Part shown: positions 35,331 through 48,830 of the stretch, in pieces
How the letters are laid out: every line of letters begins with the position of its first letter
How positions within the stretch are numbered: the first letter of the stretch is position 1
Assembly: GCA_024679065.1 (NCBI GenBank)
Contig: JAGIQG010000040.1
Coordinates: 6,882,019 to 6,946,000 of the forward strand
Direction: 5' to 3'
From: Sphyrna mokarran
Lineage: Eukaryota
DNA: 63,982 bases
Notes under the pieces: generated by a model
What the model was told of the DNA's origin: nothing
Seen by the model: the letters and a program-made list of their open reading frames with translations, nothing else
Database searches by the model: none
Program-made: the position numbers and the translations under genes

Positions 35331-36364
35331 AAAGAATAGTAAATACTAATGCCTCACCAGCAATTTTCAACTCACATGCAACCATTGCAAAAATTTGTAA
35401 CATGTTGCACAGATGTCCTTTCAAATATCTAACAACAAGTCATCTAAGCGAGATTAAAACTTAAGCCATATGTCGATTGCAGTTTAATTTGCAACTAGAA
35501 CTGGATTATATAGCATCCAAACAGTGAATATATAAGTAGATAAATAGGTTAATGATGCACCACCGAGAAAAGCTAATAGTCTGTTTGACGAGAGAAATGA
35601 ATAAAGAGAGAGGGAGAGAGAGAGATGGAGGATGGAGGAGATGCACAATAGATAGTTTTGTACACTGTAAACAGTTATGAAATAGTAATGATAATTAAGG
35701 TTAAAATAGTATGTGTGTATGTCTGCAGTCTTTCCAAGAACTAAGAACATGCTGAGGCAGAATTCAGTGCCAAGGAAGTCAACGCCAGCACATCAGATTG
35801 CTTGGAACTTTAAACAATCAGAAAAGAACGAAATAAATCCAATTGGTGGCGAATAGACAGAGCTGAAAAATCATCAATGATCTACTCGTAATTTCTTAAT
35901 GTATTGCCGTTCACCAATGTGCTTCTAACCCTTGACTTGATTTTAAATATGATAAAATTCCATATGTGCAATGGTTGCACTGGTTGAATGCATCAGTTTC
36001 AAATTAAAGGCATAAAATAGTGACACAGAAATTGAATCCAAGAGAATGTCTTTAGTTATTACTCTACAACACAATCTTGATGCAAGGAATTTAGAAATAA
36101 AAACAACAAGAAAAGGATGAGCCAATACAATGAATGATGTGTATTGCCAGGACATTGTTTGTGAACTCTTGTTTTTGATGTGCATGTATTAAGATACTAC
36201 TTCATATATTACAGCATTATGGGCTACCCTGTGACCAATTACTGCTGCTTCAATGTTATACCAATACAGGGTGATGAAAAGATCACTCAGGTCTCACAGC
36301 CTTTTCTTGCTTCAATGAGAGTGTATCAAGCCACGTTTCCACTAAGAATTCGTCTTGTCCGTTC

Positions 36365-36620
36365 GGAGGTAGAAAGAGATAAACAGAGGAAAGGAGACAG
36401 TGCAGACATACAGAAACAGAGACACAGAGGCTGGTACGTAAGTACCGAGAGACAGAGACAGGGGAACAGAGTGAGCGAGAGAGAGCAAGAAAGGGAGAGA
36501 CAGAGAAAGCGGGGGTGGGGGGCGTGGGGTGGGAGAGAGAGAGACAGAGCGAGAGGAGAGGAAAAAAGAGAGAGGAGAAAAGTACAAGAGACAGAGAGAA
36601 GATAGAGAGGGAGAGATTGG
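36365..36620. repeat. AG-rich low-complexity / degenerate (GA)n-(GACA)n microsatellite
   Basis: Direct inspection. Explains the R/E-rich and S/L-rich spurious ORFs here. Confidence 0.9.
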
Positions 36621-37093
36621 GAAAATGGCTAAGATATATTTGGTCACTCTGTAACCAGTTTTGAATTGGCATTAATAATTAAGTATTAAGTAGATCAAAG
36701 AGCGTGTCGGCAGTCTTTCCATAAAACAACAAACATGCCACGCCGAATCCAAGGCAAAAGGAAAAATCCCAAAACAGTAACTTGCTTGGAGCTTCTTCCA
36801 TTTTGCTCGCGTAAAATCGACCAAAAATCTAATGCTACTCCAATTAATCCAAATGATGTTTCAATGCAATTTACTGCAAACAATGTTCATACTTTGTGAG
36901 CATGATTGTTTAATTAAAGAACAATGAAAAGAATGTTTGTGTGCTGTATTGACACAAACGCTGCGTAGTTGAAAATGACTGGATTCATGTCAGAGGCATG
37001 TAGGTAGCATAGTAATTAGATCTGCTGCTTCACAGCTCCAGGGATCTGGGAGTTTCGATTCCTGGCTTGGGTCACTGCCTGTATGGAGTTTGC

Positions 37094-39325
37094 TCAGCAA
37101 AGTCTGGCAACACCAACTTTAAATCCAACCGATTTATTTGATAGTAAATCTGCGAGCTTTCGGCCTTTGTGGCCTTCGTCAGGTGATGGGACCCTGTGTG
37201 AGAATCGGGCAATGGGACCCTGTGTGGGAACATCTCCGGCTATACCGAGGGCATCCTGAAACCCATTGTACAAAGAACCCCCAGCTTTTGTCTTGACACT
37301 ACGGACTTCCTACAGAAACTCAGCACACATGGAGCAGTTGAACAGGGACACTCCTTGTCACAATGGATGTCTCGGTGCTCTACACCAACATCCCCTACGA
37401 CGATGGTATTGCTGCAACTGCCTCAGTACTCAATGCCAACAACTGCCAGTTTTCGGATGCAATTTTACAACTTATCCGCTTCATCTTGGACCACAATGTC
37501 TTCACCTTCAACAAACAGCTTTTCATCCAAACACATGGAACTGCCATGGGGACCAAATTCGCACCTCAATATGCCAACATCTTTATGCACAGGTTCGAAC
37601 AAGATTTCTTCACCACACGGGACCTTCAATCAAGGTTATATACTAGATACATTGACGACATTTTTTTCCTTTGGACTCATGGTGAACAATCATTGAAACA
37701 ACTGTATGATGATATCAACAAATTCCATCCCCCCATCAGACTCACCATGGACTATTCTCCAGAATCAGTTGCATTCTTGGACACATGCATCTCCATCAAG
37801 ATGGTCATCTCAGCACCTCACTGTACCGCAAACCGACAACCTCACAATGCTCCATTTCTCCAGCTTCCACCCTAGACACGTTAAAGAAGCCATTCCCCAT
37901 GGACAAGCCCTCCGTATAGACAGAATTTGCTCGGATGTGGAGGATCGTGACAGACACCTCCAGACGCTAAAAGATGCTCTCGTGAGAACAGGATATGGCG
38001 CTCGACTCATCGATCGACAGTTCCGACGTGCCACAGCGATAAACCGCACTGACCTCCTCAGAAGACGAACATGGGACACGGTGGACAGAGTACTCTTTGT
38101 TGTCCAGTACTTCCCTGGAGCGGAGAACATAGAACATAGAACACTACAGCACAAACATGACCTTCGGCCCACAAGTTGTGCCGAACACATCAAAACCTAC
38201 CCAGCCATAGACCTATCTATAACCCCCAATCCCATTGGATCCCATATACTCATCCAGAAGTCTTTTAAAAAGACCCCAGCGAGTTCGCCTCGACCACCAC
38301 CGACGGCAGCCGATTCCATTCACTCACCACCCTCTGAGTGAAAAACTTTCCCTTAGCATCCCCTCTGTAAAGCTACGACAAGCTATGACAAGCTCTGAGA
38401 AGCTACGACATCTTCTCCGGAGTCTTCAACATATCATTGATGACGATGAACATCTCGCTAGGGCCATCCTCACCCCCCCCCCACTTCTTGCTTTCAGACA
38501 ACCGCGCAACCTCAAATGGATCAGTGTTCGCAGCAAACTACTCAACCTTCAAGAGAACAGTGACCACAATACCACACAACCCTGCCACAGCAACCTCTGC
38601 AAGACATGCCGGATCATTGACATGGACGACATCGTCAAACGTGAGAATACCATTCACCAGGTACACGGTACATACTCTTGCAACTCGGCCAACGTTGTCT
38701 ACCTAATACGTTGCAAGAAAGGATGTCCCGAAGCATGGTACATTGAGGAGACCATGCAGACACTACGACAGCGGATGAATGAGCATCGCTCAACAATCAC
38801 CAGGCAAAACAGTTCCCTTCCTGTGGGTGAACACTTCAGCAGTCACGGGTATTCGGCCTCTGACCTTCGGGTAAATGTTCTTCAAGGGGGCCTTCACGAC
38901 ACACGACAGCGCAGAGTCGCTGAGCAGAGACTGATAGCCAAGTTCCACACACATGAGGGCGGTCTTAACAGGGATCTTGGCTTCATGTCACACTATCTGT
39001 AACCCCCATGACTTGCCTAGGTTAGCAAAAAACCTCACTTACTGTCCTGTCTGGGGACAATACACATCCCTCTAACCTCTGCTGTTAGCCACTTTAAGAC
39101 TTGAATGGCAGGCTAGGTGTAAGGATTCGCATTCTAATCAGCAATCTGTAAACTGTCTGTGCTGGTATGTGTGCTTTTGGAGACCAGAACTCCTCATTCG
39201 CCTGACGAAGGCCACAAAGGCCGAAAGCTCGCAGATTTAACATAAGATAAATCGGTTGGATTTAAAATTGGTGTTGCCAGACTTTACTGAGCTTACCCCA
39301 GTCCAATGGCGGCATCTCTACATCA
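37094..39325 (+). mobile_element. Penelope-like retroelement, 5'-truncated, with inverted 5' pLTR piece and 14-bp TSD
   Basis: RT motifs DVSVLYTNIP, GTAMG, RYIDD. GIY-YIG motifs NVVYLIRC..WYIEET..RMNEH..GLN. 37094-37186 is the reverse complement of ~39198-39290. TSD tgtatggagtttgc at 37080-37093 and 39326-39339. Small CR1-tail insert at ~38125-38370. Confidence 0.93.
39198..39233 (+). ncRNA. Minimal type-I hammerhead ribozyme motif in Penelope pLTR (inverted second copy at 37151-37186, minus strand)
   Basis: CTGACGA-A-GGCC-ACAAA-GGCC-GAAA-GCTC: conserved core, stem II and short palindromic stem III typical of PLE hammerheads. Stem I is weak. Confidence 0.7.
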
Positions 39326-40279
39326 TGTATGGAGTTTGCACAGTTTTCTCGTGTCGGTGCGGGTTTCCTCCGGTGCTCTGGTTTTCTCTCTCAGTCAAAA
39401 GATGTGCCAGTTAGGTTGATTGGCCATGCTAAAAATTATCTCTTGGAGACCTGAGATGTGTAAGTAAAATGGATTGGCGGGTAAATATCTAGGGATATGC
39501 TGGTAGAGCCTGGGTGGGATTGTGATTGGTGCAGACTCGATGAGCCAAATGGCTTCCTTCTGCACTGTTGGGATTCTATGATGTGCAGTTTAAAGTTGAA
39601 ATGTGTTAAAAGAACAGCCATTTGTTCACATCATATATATTTAATAAAGTTCCTGAAAACAAAAAGCGTTTAAACTTGAACATTTGAAGGTAATGAATTC
39701 GAAGTCTAGTTGTAAAGGAATAAATGGCGCAAAAGTTGTCTGATGTTATCTTCGGAATCTATGCTGTTGAACAACTTGCATCAAACCGTTCACATAATCC
39801 TAAATACCATGGAGCAATTTCCCAGTGCACAATACCTGCGCTAGCTAAAAGCACCAGTTTAACATGGAAGGATTAACATAGAAATTGAATTCAGGAGAAT
39901 GCATTTGGCTGTTACCCTAAAGCACAATCATGATACATGGCATTGCAATGAAGAACGAAGCTAAATCAAATAAACTAAAAGACCAAGAGAAGGGATAATG
40001 CGTTCTCTGTGCCCTCTTGTTCTTGATGTACTTAAAGCAAGATATTTATTTATATACTACATCATTTGGAGCCACCTAGCGATCAAGTACTGCTAGGTCA
40101 TCGATAAAGGAATACAGGGTTATGCTATTCAATACAGATCATGTCTGCTTTATATTTCGTCTGTATTTACACACCTGAGATTTGAACGCCTTGGTAAGCA
40201 AGTTATTATATAGCCATCACAGTGAGATTTTATTTTCAACTTGTGAGCAAACACAGATAGTTTTGAATAAATTAAAGCT

Positions 40280-40625
40280 TTATTTAGTGTTAGGCTTACA
40301 TCAACACTGCAATTAAGTTTGTTATGAAAATCTTCTATTCGCCTTCCTCCGTGTTCAGGTACACTGAGGGAGAATTTCGCATAGCCAATCCACTAGTCTG
40401 AATATTTTGGGACTGTGGGAGGAAACCGGAGCACCCAGAGGAAACGCATACAGAGAGAGGGTATTGGCGGGGTGGGGGTGGGGGGTGGTGGTGGTGGGAT
40501 GCTTTATTAGGAGGGAAGTGGGGATTTGCAGTCTCCACACAAACGGTGAGACAAGTCAGGAAACGAACCCAAGTCCTTGGCGGTGTGAGAGATCAGTGCT
40601 CATCACTGGGGCGCCATGCCGACCT
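40280..40625 (-). mobile_element. HE1-related SINE with G-rich internal insertion
   Basis: gggactgtgggaggaaaccggagcaccc core. G-rich tract at 40467-40500. Confidence 0.75.
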
Positions 40626-42520
40626 TAGTAGAATAGGATATGTGATTTTTTTTGCATTAGTTGTGTCTTTCAGGTTAAGCATAATTAATGTTACTGCAAT
40701 TAATTCTTTAGAAAACTAAATTTTAGGAGTTTTTACAGAACGTCTGCATTGTTAGTGAGCTTTTACAACTTTATGTTAAAAACAATGAATTTAAAGCTAG
40801 CTTGTATACAATATCTTTGATTCTGAAAGGAAACCTTAGTTGAAAGAAAGTGGCCTATAATCAAGCTTATATTCACATAGTGTATGGAATAGATAAGAAG
40901 GGAGACTGCAGAGGACAGGCCCAAACTGATTCACAGAAAGGTCCCAAAACCAGTAGGGGGAGGGAGGCAGTATAAAGATCCAAAACGACCTTTCAATGGA
41001 TCAACATCAACAGGAACCGGAAAAGGTCCTGTTGCATGTAGGTCAGTGTGAGGAGCAGTAGAATACTCCAAAAATTCTAAGCTGTAGGAACCAGGAGCAC
41101 AAGAACTTTCCTTCTGCGAATCGCAGGATACCAAGTGTACGGAAAGTTTGGAGAAATATTATTTTTGTCTTCCGGACTATTGGAATTCCTTTGGTCTTTC
41201 TGGATATATGACAGATTGTGGAACTTGAATGAACGTGGCCATCAGTTGGAAAGGAACCTCAGTCGTAAATGATACAACCCTGAGGGAGTAACGTTAGTGA
41301 CCACATCCAAGGGAAAATTTTGTTTGGGAGAAAAGTCCAAGGTTTTTTTTTCGAGAGTGGAGACGGGAAACTCTCGTGTGAAGGATGTAGCTTCAGCAAG
41401 GTCAGCTAGTTCTGCAGTGTTATAGGCGTTTGGGGGAATTGATGAACAAGCCAGAGGTAGAATTGAGTGGCATCTACCACTTGGTTTCACAGGATGCACG
41501 CCTTTGACTATAGATTTACACGGACTGTGAAATTATAACGAAAATTCATGTATAAGAATGAATCTGTAAATTGTGCTTGCCTTACAGACTTATATATAAT
41601 TCTGAAAGTATCACTGGGATGAAGAGGTATTATATCCCGGTGCATCTTTCAGAGTTTAACAAAGTGTTTTATTATTTTGGCAAAATCAATCTCCGTGACT
41701 GTTCAGTAGCCTTTGCCATGTGTCCAAACAAGCAGGCAAAGTCAGATCTATCAAGCCGATCTGCGACCTGGAATCTGTGTTGTGCAGTCGGTGAGAGATG
41801 AAAGCGGGGAAAGTGGGTGGGAGAGAGAGTGACTGTGATTTAGTCGTCCATGAACATAGTTGTGAAGTCTTTCATTTCACTTGCATGCCTGAATATTACA
41901 AATCTATGATTGTGCCACGTTGTCAGACTTTATACTGGCCGAGAAAATAGGCTCAGCATGTCCCCTGCATTCGATTTTTTTTGCACTAGTTCGCACTGCT
42001 GTCGTATATTGCCAGGGACCCGGAATCAATGCCGGCCTCTGCTGACAGGGTGGACTTTGTACGTTCTCCCCGTATCGTCATGGGTTTCCTCTGGGTGCTG
42101 TACTTCCCTCTTACATTCCAAAAATGGATATGTCCTCTGGATTGCCAATTAAGTCCTCCTTTCATTCTCCAAGGAGAGAAAGAATAGACGTATTAGCAAT
42201 GGAAAATGTGTGGGGTTATGTGGATAGTATGGCGTGTTGGACCTGGGAAGTTTATTTTGTCAACTTTGGTGCATACTCAATAGCTCTCGTGGCCTTCTTC
42301 TGCATTGTAGTGAGTATGTAATGATTTAAAATTTGCAGTTTGATCACTGCCCAGCCTCCAAATATAGTGAGACAATAATTCAACTCTTTAAGCTCTGTTG
42401 ATTTTGTTTCGTTAAGTCTTAATGGCAAATCTGCAAGGCAGAGACTTAGGCTGATCAGAAATGAATGCACTCCACTTCCGGCTGTGCAACCCTCTGCAAG
42501 TGAAACCTTACTTTCTCAAT

Positions 42521-43728
42521 ATAGAACATAGAACATAGAACAATACAGCACAGAACAGGCCCTTCGGCCTTCGATGTTGTGCCGACCAAAATAAAAAGCA
42601 ATGCCCCTCCAAACTAAACCATTCCCTTCTCTTCCATATACTTATCAATTAACCTCTTAAACGCCACCAAACTTGGCGCATCTACAACAGCTGCAGGCAG
42701 GGCATTCCACTCCCTAATCACTCTTTGAGTAAAGAACCTACCTCTGATATCCGTCCTATAACTCATACCCCTTAACTTAAAGCTGTGCCCCCTCGTGCTA
42801 GCTTTCTCCATCCTAGGAAAAAGGCTATCACTGTCCACCCTATCTAAACCTCTAATCATCTTATATGCTTCAATAAGATCCCCTCTTAGCCGCCTCCTTT
42901 CTAACGAAAACAACCTCAAATCCTTCAACCTCTCTTCATAGGACCTGCCCTCCATACCAGGCAACATCCTGGTAAACCTCCTCTGTACCCTCTCCAATGC
43001 CTCCACATCTTTCTTATAATGTGGCGACCAGAACTGCACACAATACTCCAAGTGCGGCCGCACTAGAGTTTTGTACAGTTGCAACATGATGCTGCGGCTC
43101 CTAAATTCAATCCCCCTACCAATAAAAGCTAAGACTCCATATGCCTTCTTAACAACTTTATCCACTTGACTGCCTACTTTCAGGGATCTATTGACACATA
43201 CACCAAGATCCTTCTGTTCCTCAACACTATTAAGAGCCCTACCATTAGCCCTATACTCTACACATTTATTGTTCCTGCCAAAGTGCATTACCTCACACTT
43301 TTCCACATTAAACTCCATTTGCCACCTCTCGGCCCAGCTCTGCAACTTGTCCAAGTCACTCTGTAAACTAAAACACCCCTCTTCACTATCTGCCACTCCA
43401 CCAACTTTAGTATCATCTGCAAATTTACTGATCCATCCCTCAATACCCTCATCCAGATCATTTATAAAAATTACAAACAGCAGGGGCCCCAAAACAGACC
43501 CCTGAGGCACACCACTCGTCACCGAACTCCACGATGAATATCTCCCATCAACCACCACCCTCTGTCTTCTATCTGCCAGCCAATTCCTAATCCAATTAGC
43601 TAAATCACCCTCTATTCCACACATCTGCATTTTCTGTAGAAGTCTTCCATGGGCCACCTTATCAAACGCCTTACTAAAGTCCATATATACTACATCAACC
43701 GCCTTACCCCCATCCACCTCTCTGGTCA
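42521..43728 (-). mobile_element. Young 5'-truncated CR1 with intact RT C-terminal frame
   Basis: ORF 42614-43717, nearly identical to the 16385-17857 product. (ATGTTCT)n tail. Confidence 0.96.
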
Positions 43729-44151
43729 GCCTTATATAGTAGCAGCCTTCAGCGAAACATAAACGTTTAATTTAGCTTTCTAATCATTTTTTGTTGTATA
43801 ACCTACCCCATGAGGATCACTTCCCCATAATTAATTGATTTGTGTTTAAGGTTATCTACGCCTAGATTATCTCTTGTATGCTGGCTTTCAGAACCTGTTC
43901 GAATATGTCTTTCTCCATTCGATAATGATATTGGTTTATAACTGTCACAGTCTGCCTAATTTCTGAATCCTTCTCTACTACTTTTCAATCTTCAGTACTA
44001 ACCACAGTAATTAGCTGAGCATCCTCCCTTGCACAGGACGTTGTCCATTCAGTCAGTGGGCTGCAACGTATGTTCTATCTACGTGGCTGCATACAGGATG
44101 GCGCACCGGAGATGTGCAGCAAGCACGCGGTGTCCCTTTGCCTCGGTCACC

Positions 44152-44358
44152 CATAGAACATAGAACATTACAGCGTAGAACAGGCTCTTCGGCCTTTGAT
44201 GTTGCGCCGACCAATTAAGAAAAAGCAATGACCCTCTAACCTAAACCATTCCTTTTTCATCCATAAACTTATCTACTAACCTCTTAAACGCCCCCAAACT
44301 TGGCGCATCTACAACTGCAGCAGGCAGGGCATTCCATACCCTTACCACCCTCTGGGTA
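44152..44358 (-). mobile_element. Short CR1 3' fragment (same subfamily as 8111-8496)
   Basis: Shared diagnostic 3' UTR aatgaccctctaacctaaacc. Confidence 0.88.
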
Positions 44359-47300
44359 CACCTTTCTGTCTCAGTTAAAACAAGACATCTCACCTCTGTT
44401 TTGTCCACCTCTTTCTGTATTTGGTGGCTTTCGGTCATCACACCAAATCTCTCTCTTCCACCGTCTTTCAACTTCATCCCTTTTGTTTGCCACTTCTTTC
44501 TTTTCATCCTTACAGTGAATATGTAAGCAATGACTCACTGTACTTTAAATCCCCGTATGGTAACATTTGTCATCACATATTGTTACTATCAGTTCCAGCT
44601 CACGTCCCTCACTATAATCCCTTTGAGTTAAATGCCTGAAGTTCACGATAGGCAATGACACTGGATGATTCTCCTATTCCCCTGCGGGCGCCAGGGAATT
44701 GTCCTCAAGGCAAATTTATGAACGTTACTTCATGACCAAGAAACAACGACTCTAATCCAAGATAATTGAAAGAGCAAGAAAACATGAAGAAACAACCACC
44801 TTCGGAACTATTTGTCTGATTTTCAATCTCAACATTTCCTTTCCCCACGTCCACAAGAAAAAAGCTAACGGTGCGAAGTCACAGCAAGAGCTCAGATGCA
44901 GTGTATGAGTGCTGATGCTGCTTGTGCGGGTATCCGTTTCTTGAGTGTTTTTCTTTTGAATACAGACAGATGACGATGGCGACATCGATGACGTCAAAGG
45001 TCACTCTGGTGCAGTTCTTTGTCCTTAGAAAATAAATCACAAACCAAAGACAATAAAAATCAATTTATGAGTGTAACACAATTCAAATGTTTTAAGATTT
45101 ATTTCGTCCTGATTATGAATTTGTGACCTTCATTATTTCTTCATTCACTTGGGAACATAGTGCAGATAGTGAGTTCCGACGAACATCACTGAGCATCAGT
45201 ATCGTCTTTTTTTCCATGTCATGGTTGCAAGAACCAGCTCCAATTTTTTTCACTGAAGTGTCATTTTACATCCTTGATGTGAGTCTTTCCATTACTTGAA
45301 TTCATTTTATTGAGTTTTTTAAAATTAACATTTGATCTTTTTCATAATTAAATATGAGGTTTGCTTACTATTTTGCAAACTTTCCGTGGTCATTAAGATC
45401 CAACATTTGTGGTACTTCGCCTTCCTCCTTTGCAAGGCATATGGTTTCTGTGCATGAAGAATAAATCTCAAGTTGGCCATCAATACCTTGATCCAAACTG
45501 CATGAAATGAAGAATTTATATTGAAACCACATTAGCTGATTACGTGAAAAATGGCGAGAGCTCCAATCCACGAGATTGAGTTTAGTTATTAGTTGGATCT
45601 AATACTAACGTGGAGGAAATTTTCATGGTAGTTTTCTGATTGAATCAAGATCACAAGAAGAGAGCTGGCTGCGACACTGGTGTGGCAATACTGCTGAAGT
45701 ATAGGGTAAATTTGTGGGATAAATTTCTTCACGAAGTCCAGTATTAGATGTATGTTGGACTACAGAGACATATAACGTGGTTTATCCCCCTCTCTCTCCC
45801 TCTTTCTTGAAATGGTTTCATTAATTATGTGACAGTGAAGGTTTTCAACATTTCTTTTTGCAAAATTCTGCAGTACGTCTCTGATCCTGTCAATCTATTT
45901 ATATTTCTCACCATGTTAGGAGCCAGCAAAGAATTTTAATATTGTAGGATTAGACGATTGTGTATTTGATAGGCTATCACAGTGTTGCATATTCAGGTAT
46001 TTCTCATCAGAAATCCAAAAAGTTTTCTTGCATTTGATTTTTTTCTGAACGTTGAATACCCATTGAAACATGTTTTCGAGATTGGTGTAAATGTTATTGG
46101 TGTAATGAAATTTTGCAGTATGGAGTATGCCTAGGATTTAGGCAAAGAATGTTGATTCGAAAGATGCCATGGATGAAAGTGCAATCCTCCCTGCAGATAT
46201 TTCAGAGGTTGATGTTGATATTGGACTTGCCCTCCTTGAAAAAATATAATCAGATACTCTGTACACAGAGGGCTTTCAGAGAGGGTTTTCATATGGGATG
46301 TCCAGATAAATTGCATCTTCCTTCCAAAGCGTAATCACAAAATTAAAGTAATTTTCGAAATCAGTTTAAAGGCAGTGAGGAAAAATTCTTCAAATTGAAA
46401 TTTGTATGATCTGGAAGACATGAACTTAAGGATTAGTAGAGAAAAATTTCTCAAAAGTTGATGTACAATTGCATATTTAGGAGAAAAGAACCTGTTGATG
46501 TCAACAAAGACTCTTTGCACAGTTAGGCCAATAACGGAAATGCCCAGTGACTTTGGCACTTTCTCAAAGTACGTCGTGCCAGGCTAAGCCTGGGAGCAAC
46601 AACAGATTCGGAAGTGGCCCTAAGAAATAGGGAAAACAGATGATTCTTGAAACAATGACACCTTGCTTCATGCTGTCTGTAAATTTTTTGAGCACGAAAC
46701 AAAAATAGGCAATGTTGGAATTTAAACAGTATGCTGTCCACGTAATTTTCAACCACTTAAGTGTCTCATTGTTGTCCAGTTAGTTTACAGTTTTCTTCAG
46801 AGTTTTTTTTTCTGAGCTTGTACTTTCCCAACGCATTGGCTATTAATTGATTGTTCTGTACTCCGGACTCCTGAAGAAATGTTGAATGAACTCTACTCTT
46901 CAATAGAGTTATTGGGCAATAGGAGCAATGTTGGAATTGTGTAATCATTAAGTCTGGGAAAATGAATTTGGTGTTTAATACATACCGAGATATGGAGAGA
47001 GATATGAAAATTCGTTTGGAATTGTCACTTGGTTTAGTGGAGGTTTAGTACAGGTCTGTGGAGAGTGCCTGTGTCAGCAGATTTGCATTGTTCTGTTAAC
47101 GAATTGTGGAATACAAAGGTAGTTGGGAAAATAACATATGACTTAAATAGTCACCGGAGAGAATGGGCCTGTTGGAATCATGTTGAGTTGGTACATATAC
47201 CTGAATGGACCAATCTTTTGACTCTTTTCCATAGTCGAGATGATAATGTACCTGGTTGTAAAACTCACACATGTGCTACGGTTACACATCCTCTGAAACA

Positions 47301-47649
47301 ATTTGTGGAATAAATGCATTCGATCTTCGATTTCAGATTATACGTTGAGTTAATAGCTTTGACTGTTTGCTGGAAAGGGTTGTTCAGCTCCAGCATAATT
47401 TTCATGAAAAAGCATTCCCTATCAATACTCTGAGAAGCCTGACATTCAGTTGGAGGCTGTGTCCACTTTCTTCAGTGCTCATCTCCAAATGGAGAAAGAT
47501 CTGATTTCCTCGAACGACTCATTTTTTTAAAGAAAACTATCAATTTCCCCTTTAGGAATTTAGAGTACATGGAATAATAGCCGAGTTTCTAGAGTTTCTA
47601 TACATGATGTAATACTGCGATGCCTGCTAACATCAAAACACATCAAAGA

Positions 47650-48830
47650 TTAAAGAGAACAAAGAAGATTACAGCAGAGGAACAGGCCCTTCGGCCTTTC
47701 TAGCCTGCACTGACCATGCTGCCCGACTGAACTAAAACTCCCTACCGTTCTGGGGACAGAACCCATCTATTCCCATCCTATTGACGTATTAGTCAAGATA
47801 AGTCACTATCGATTCTGATTGCACTACCTCCCCTGGCAGCGAGGTCCAGGCACCCAACACCCTCTGAGTAGAAAACTTGACTCGTACATTAAACCTTGTC
47901 CTTCGCACCTTAAACCTATGTCCCCAAGTAATTGACTCTTCCACTATGGGAAAAAACATCTGACTATCCATTCTGTCCATGCTGTCATAATGTTGTAGAC
48001 TTCTATCCGTTTGCCTCTCAACCTTTTTATACTCTAGTGAGAACAAAGCATTCTTTCCAACCACTCCTCATAGCTAATGCCCTCCATACCAGGCAACATC
48101 CTCGTAAATCTTTTCTGTATCCTCTGCAAAACTTCCACGTCCTTCTGGTAATGTGGCGACCAAAATTGAGCACTGTGCAGCCTGACTAAGGTCCTATGAA
48201 GCTGCAATATGACTTGCCAATTTTTAAACTCAATGACCCAGCCAATGAGCGCAAGCATGCTGTATGCCTTCTCGACTTCCTTCTACATCCACGTTCCCAC
48301 TTTCAATGGCCTGTGTGTACGTGTATGCTCAGATTCCTGTCAATACTTTTAAGGGTTCTGCCATTTATTGTATATTTCTAATCTGCATTAGACTATCCAA
48401 AATACATTAATTCACATTTGGCTGGATTAAGCTGTGTCTGCTGTCTTTCCATCCAAATCTCTAACATCTCTATATTCTGCTGTATTCTCTGATAGTCCTC
48501 ATCGCTATCCGCAAATTCACTAACCTTTGTGTCGTCTGCAATCAAACCACTTACATTCTTCTCCAAATGTTTTATATATATTGCAAACAACAAAGGTCCC
48601 AGCACTGGTCGCTGAGGAATGCCACTTGTCACAGCACTCCATTTAGAAATGCATACTTCCACAGTTACTCCCTGTTTCTATGATTGAGCCAGTTCTATAT
48701 CCACCTTGCCAGCTCATCTCTGATCCCAAGCGACTTTTGCACTTGTCTGCCATGCGGGACCTTATCAAAGACCTTACTGAATTCCATGTAGACAACATCC
48801 ATTACCCTATCCTCACCAATCATCTTCGGC
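47650..48830 (-). mobile_element. Decayed CR1 RT/3' region
   Basis: ORFs 48393-48662 (GIPQRPVLGP, IADD), 48034-48258 and 47789-48064. Confidence 0.88.

Larger units (their letters stand above)
37003..39580 (+). mobile_element. HE1 SINE (37003-37093 + 39326-39580) split by the Penelope insertion
   Basis: SINE sequence is continuous across the duplicated tgtatggagtttgc. Confidence 0.85.

Noticed and set aside
36180-36672. Three ORFs of more than 100 aa
   Set aside because: Products of the AG-rich microsatellite.
40218-40258. CACAGTG heptamer with a partial nonamer (possible RSS); other heptamers at ~18212, 20215, 51622
   Set aside because: Nonamers are poor or wrongly spaced and no V, D or J coding sequence adjoins.
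46100-46950. Possible Tx1/L1-like RT remnant on the minus strand (FIW..GG-like fragments)
   Set aside because: Too degenerate to support by eye.
47081-47088. Octamer ATTTGCAT (also ATGCAAAT at 62841-62848) as promoter of a next Ig cluster
   Set aside because: No leader or V exon recognisable nearby, and an 8-mer is expected by chance in 64 kb of AT-rich DNA.
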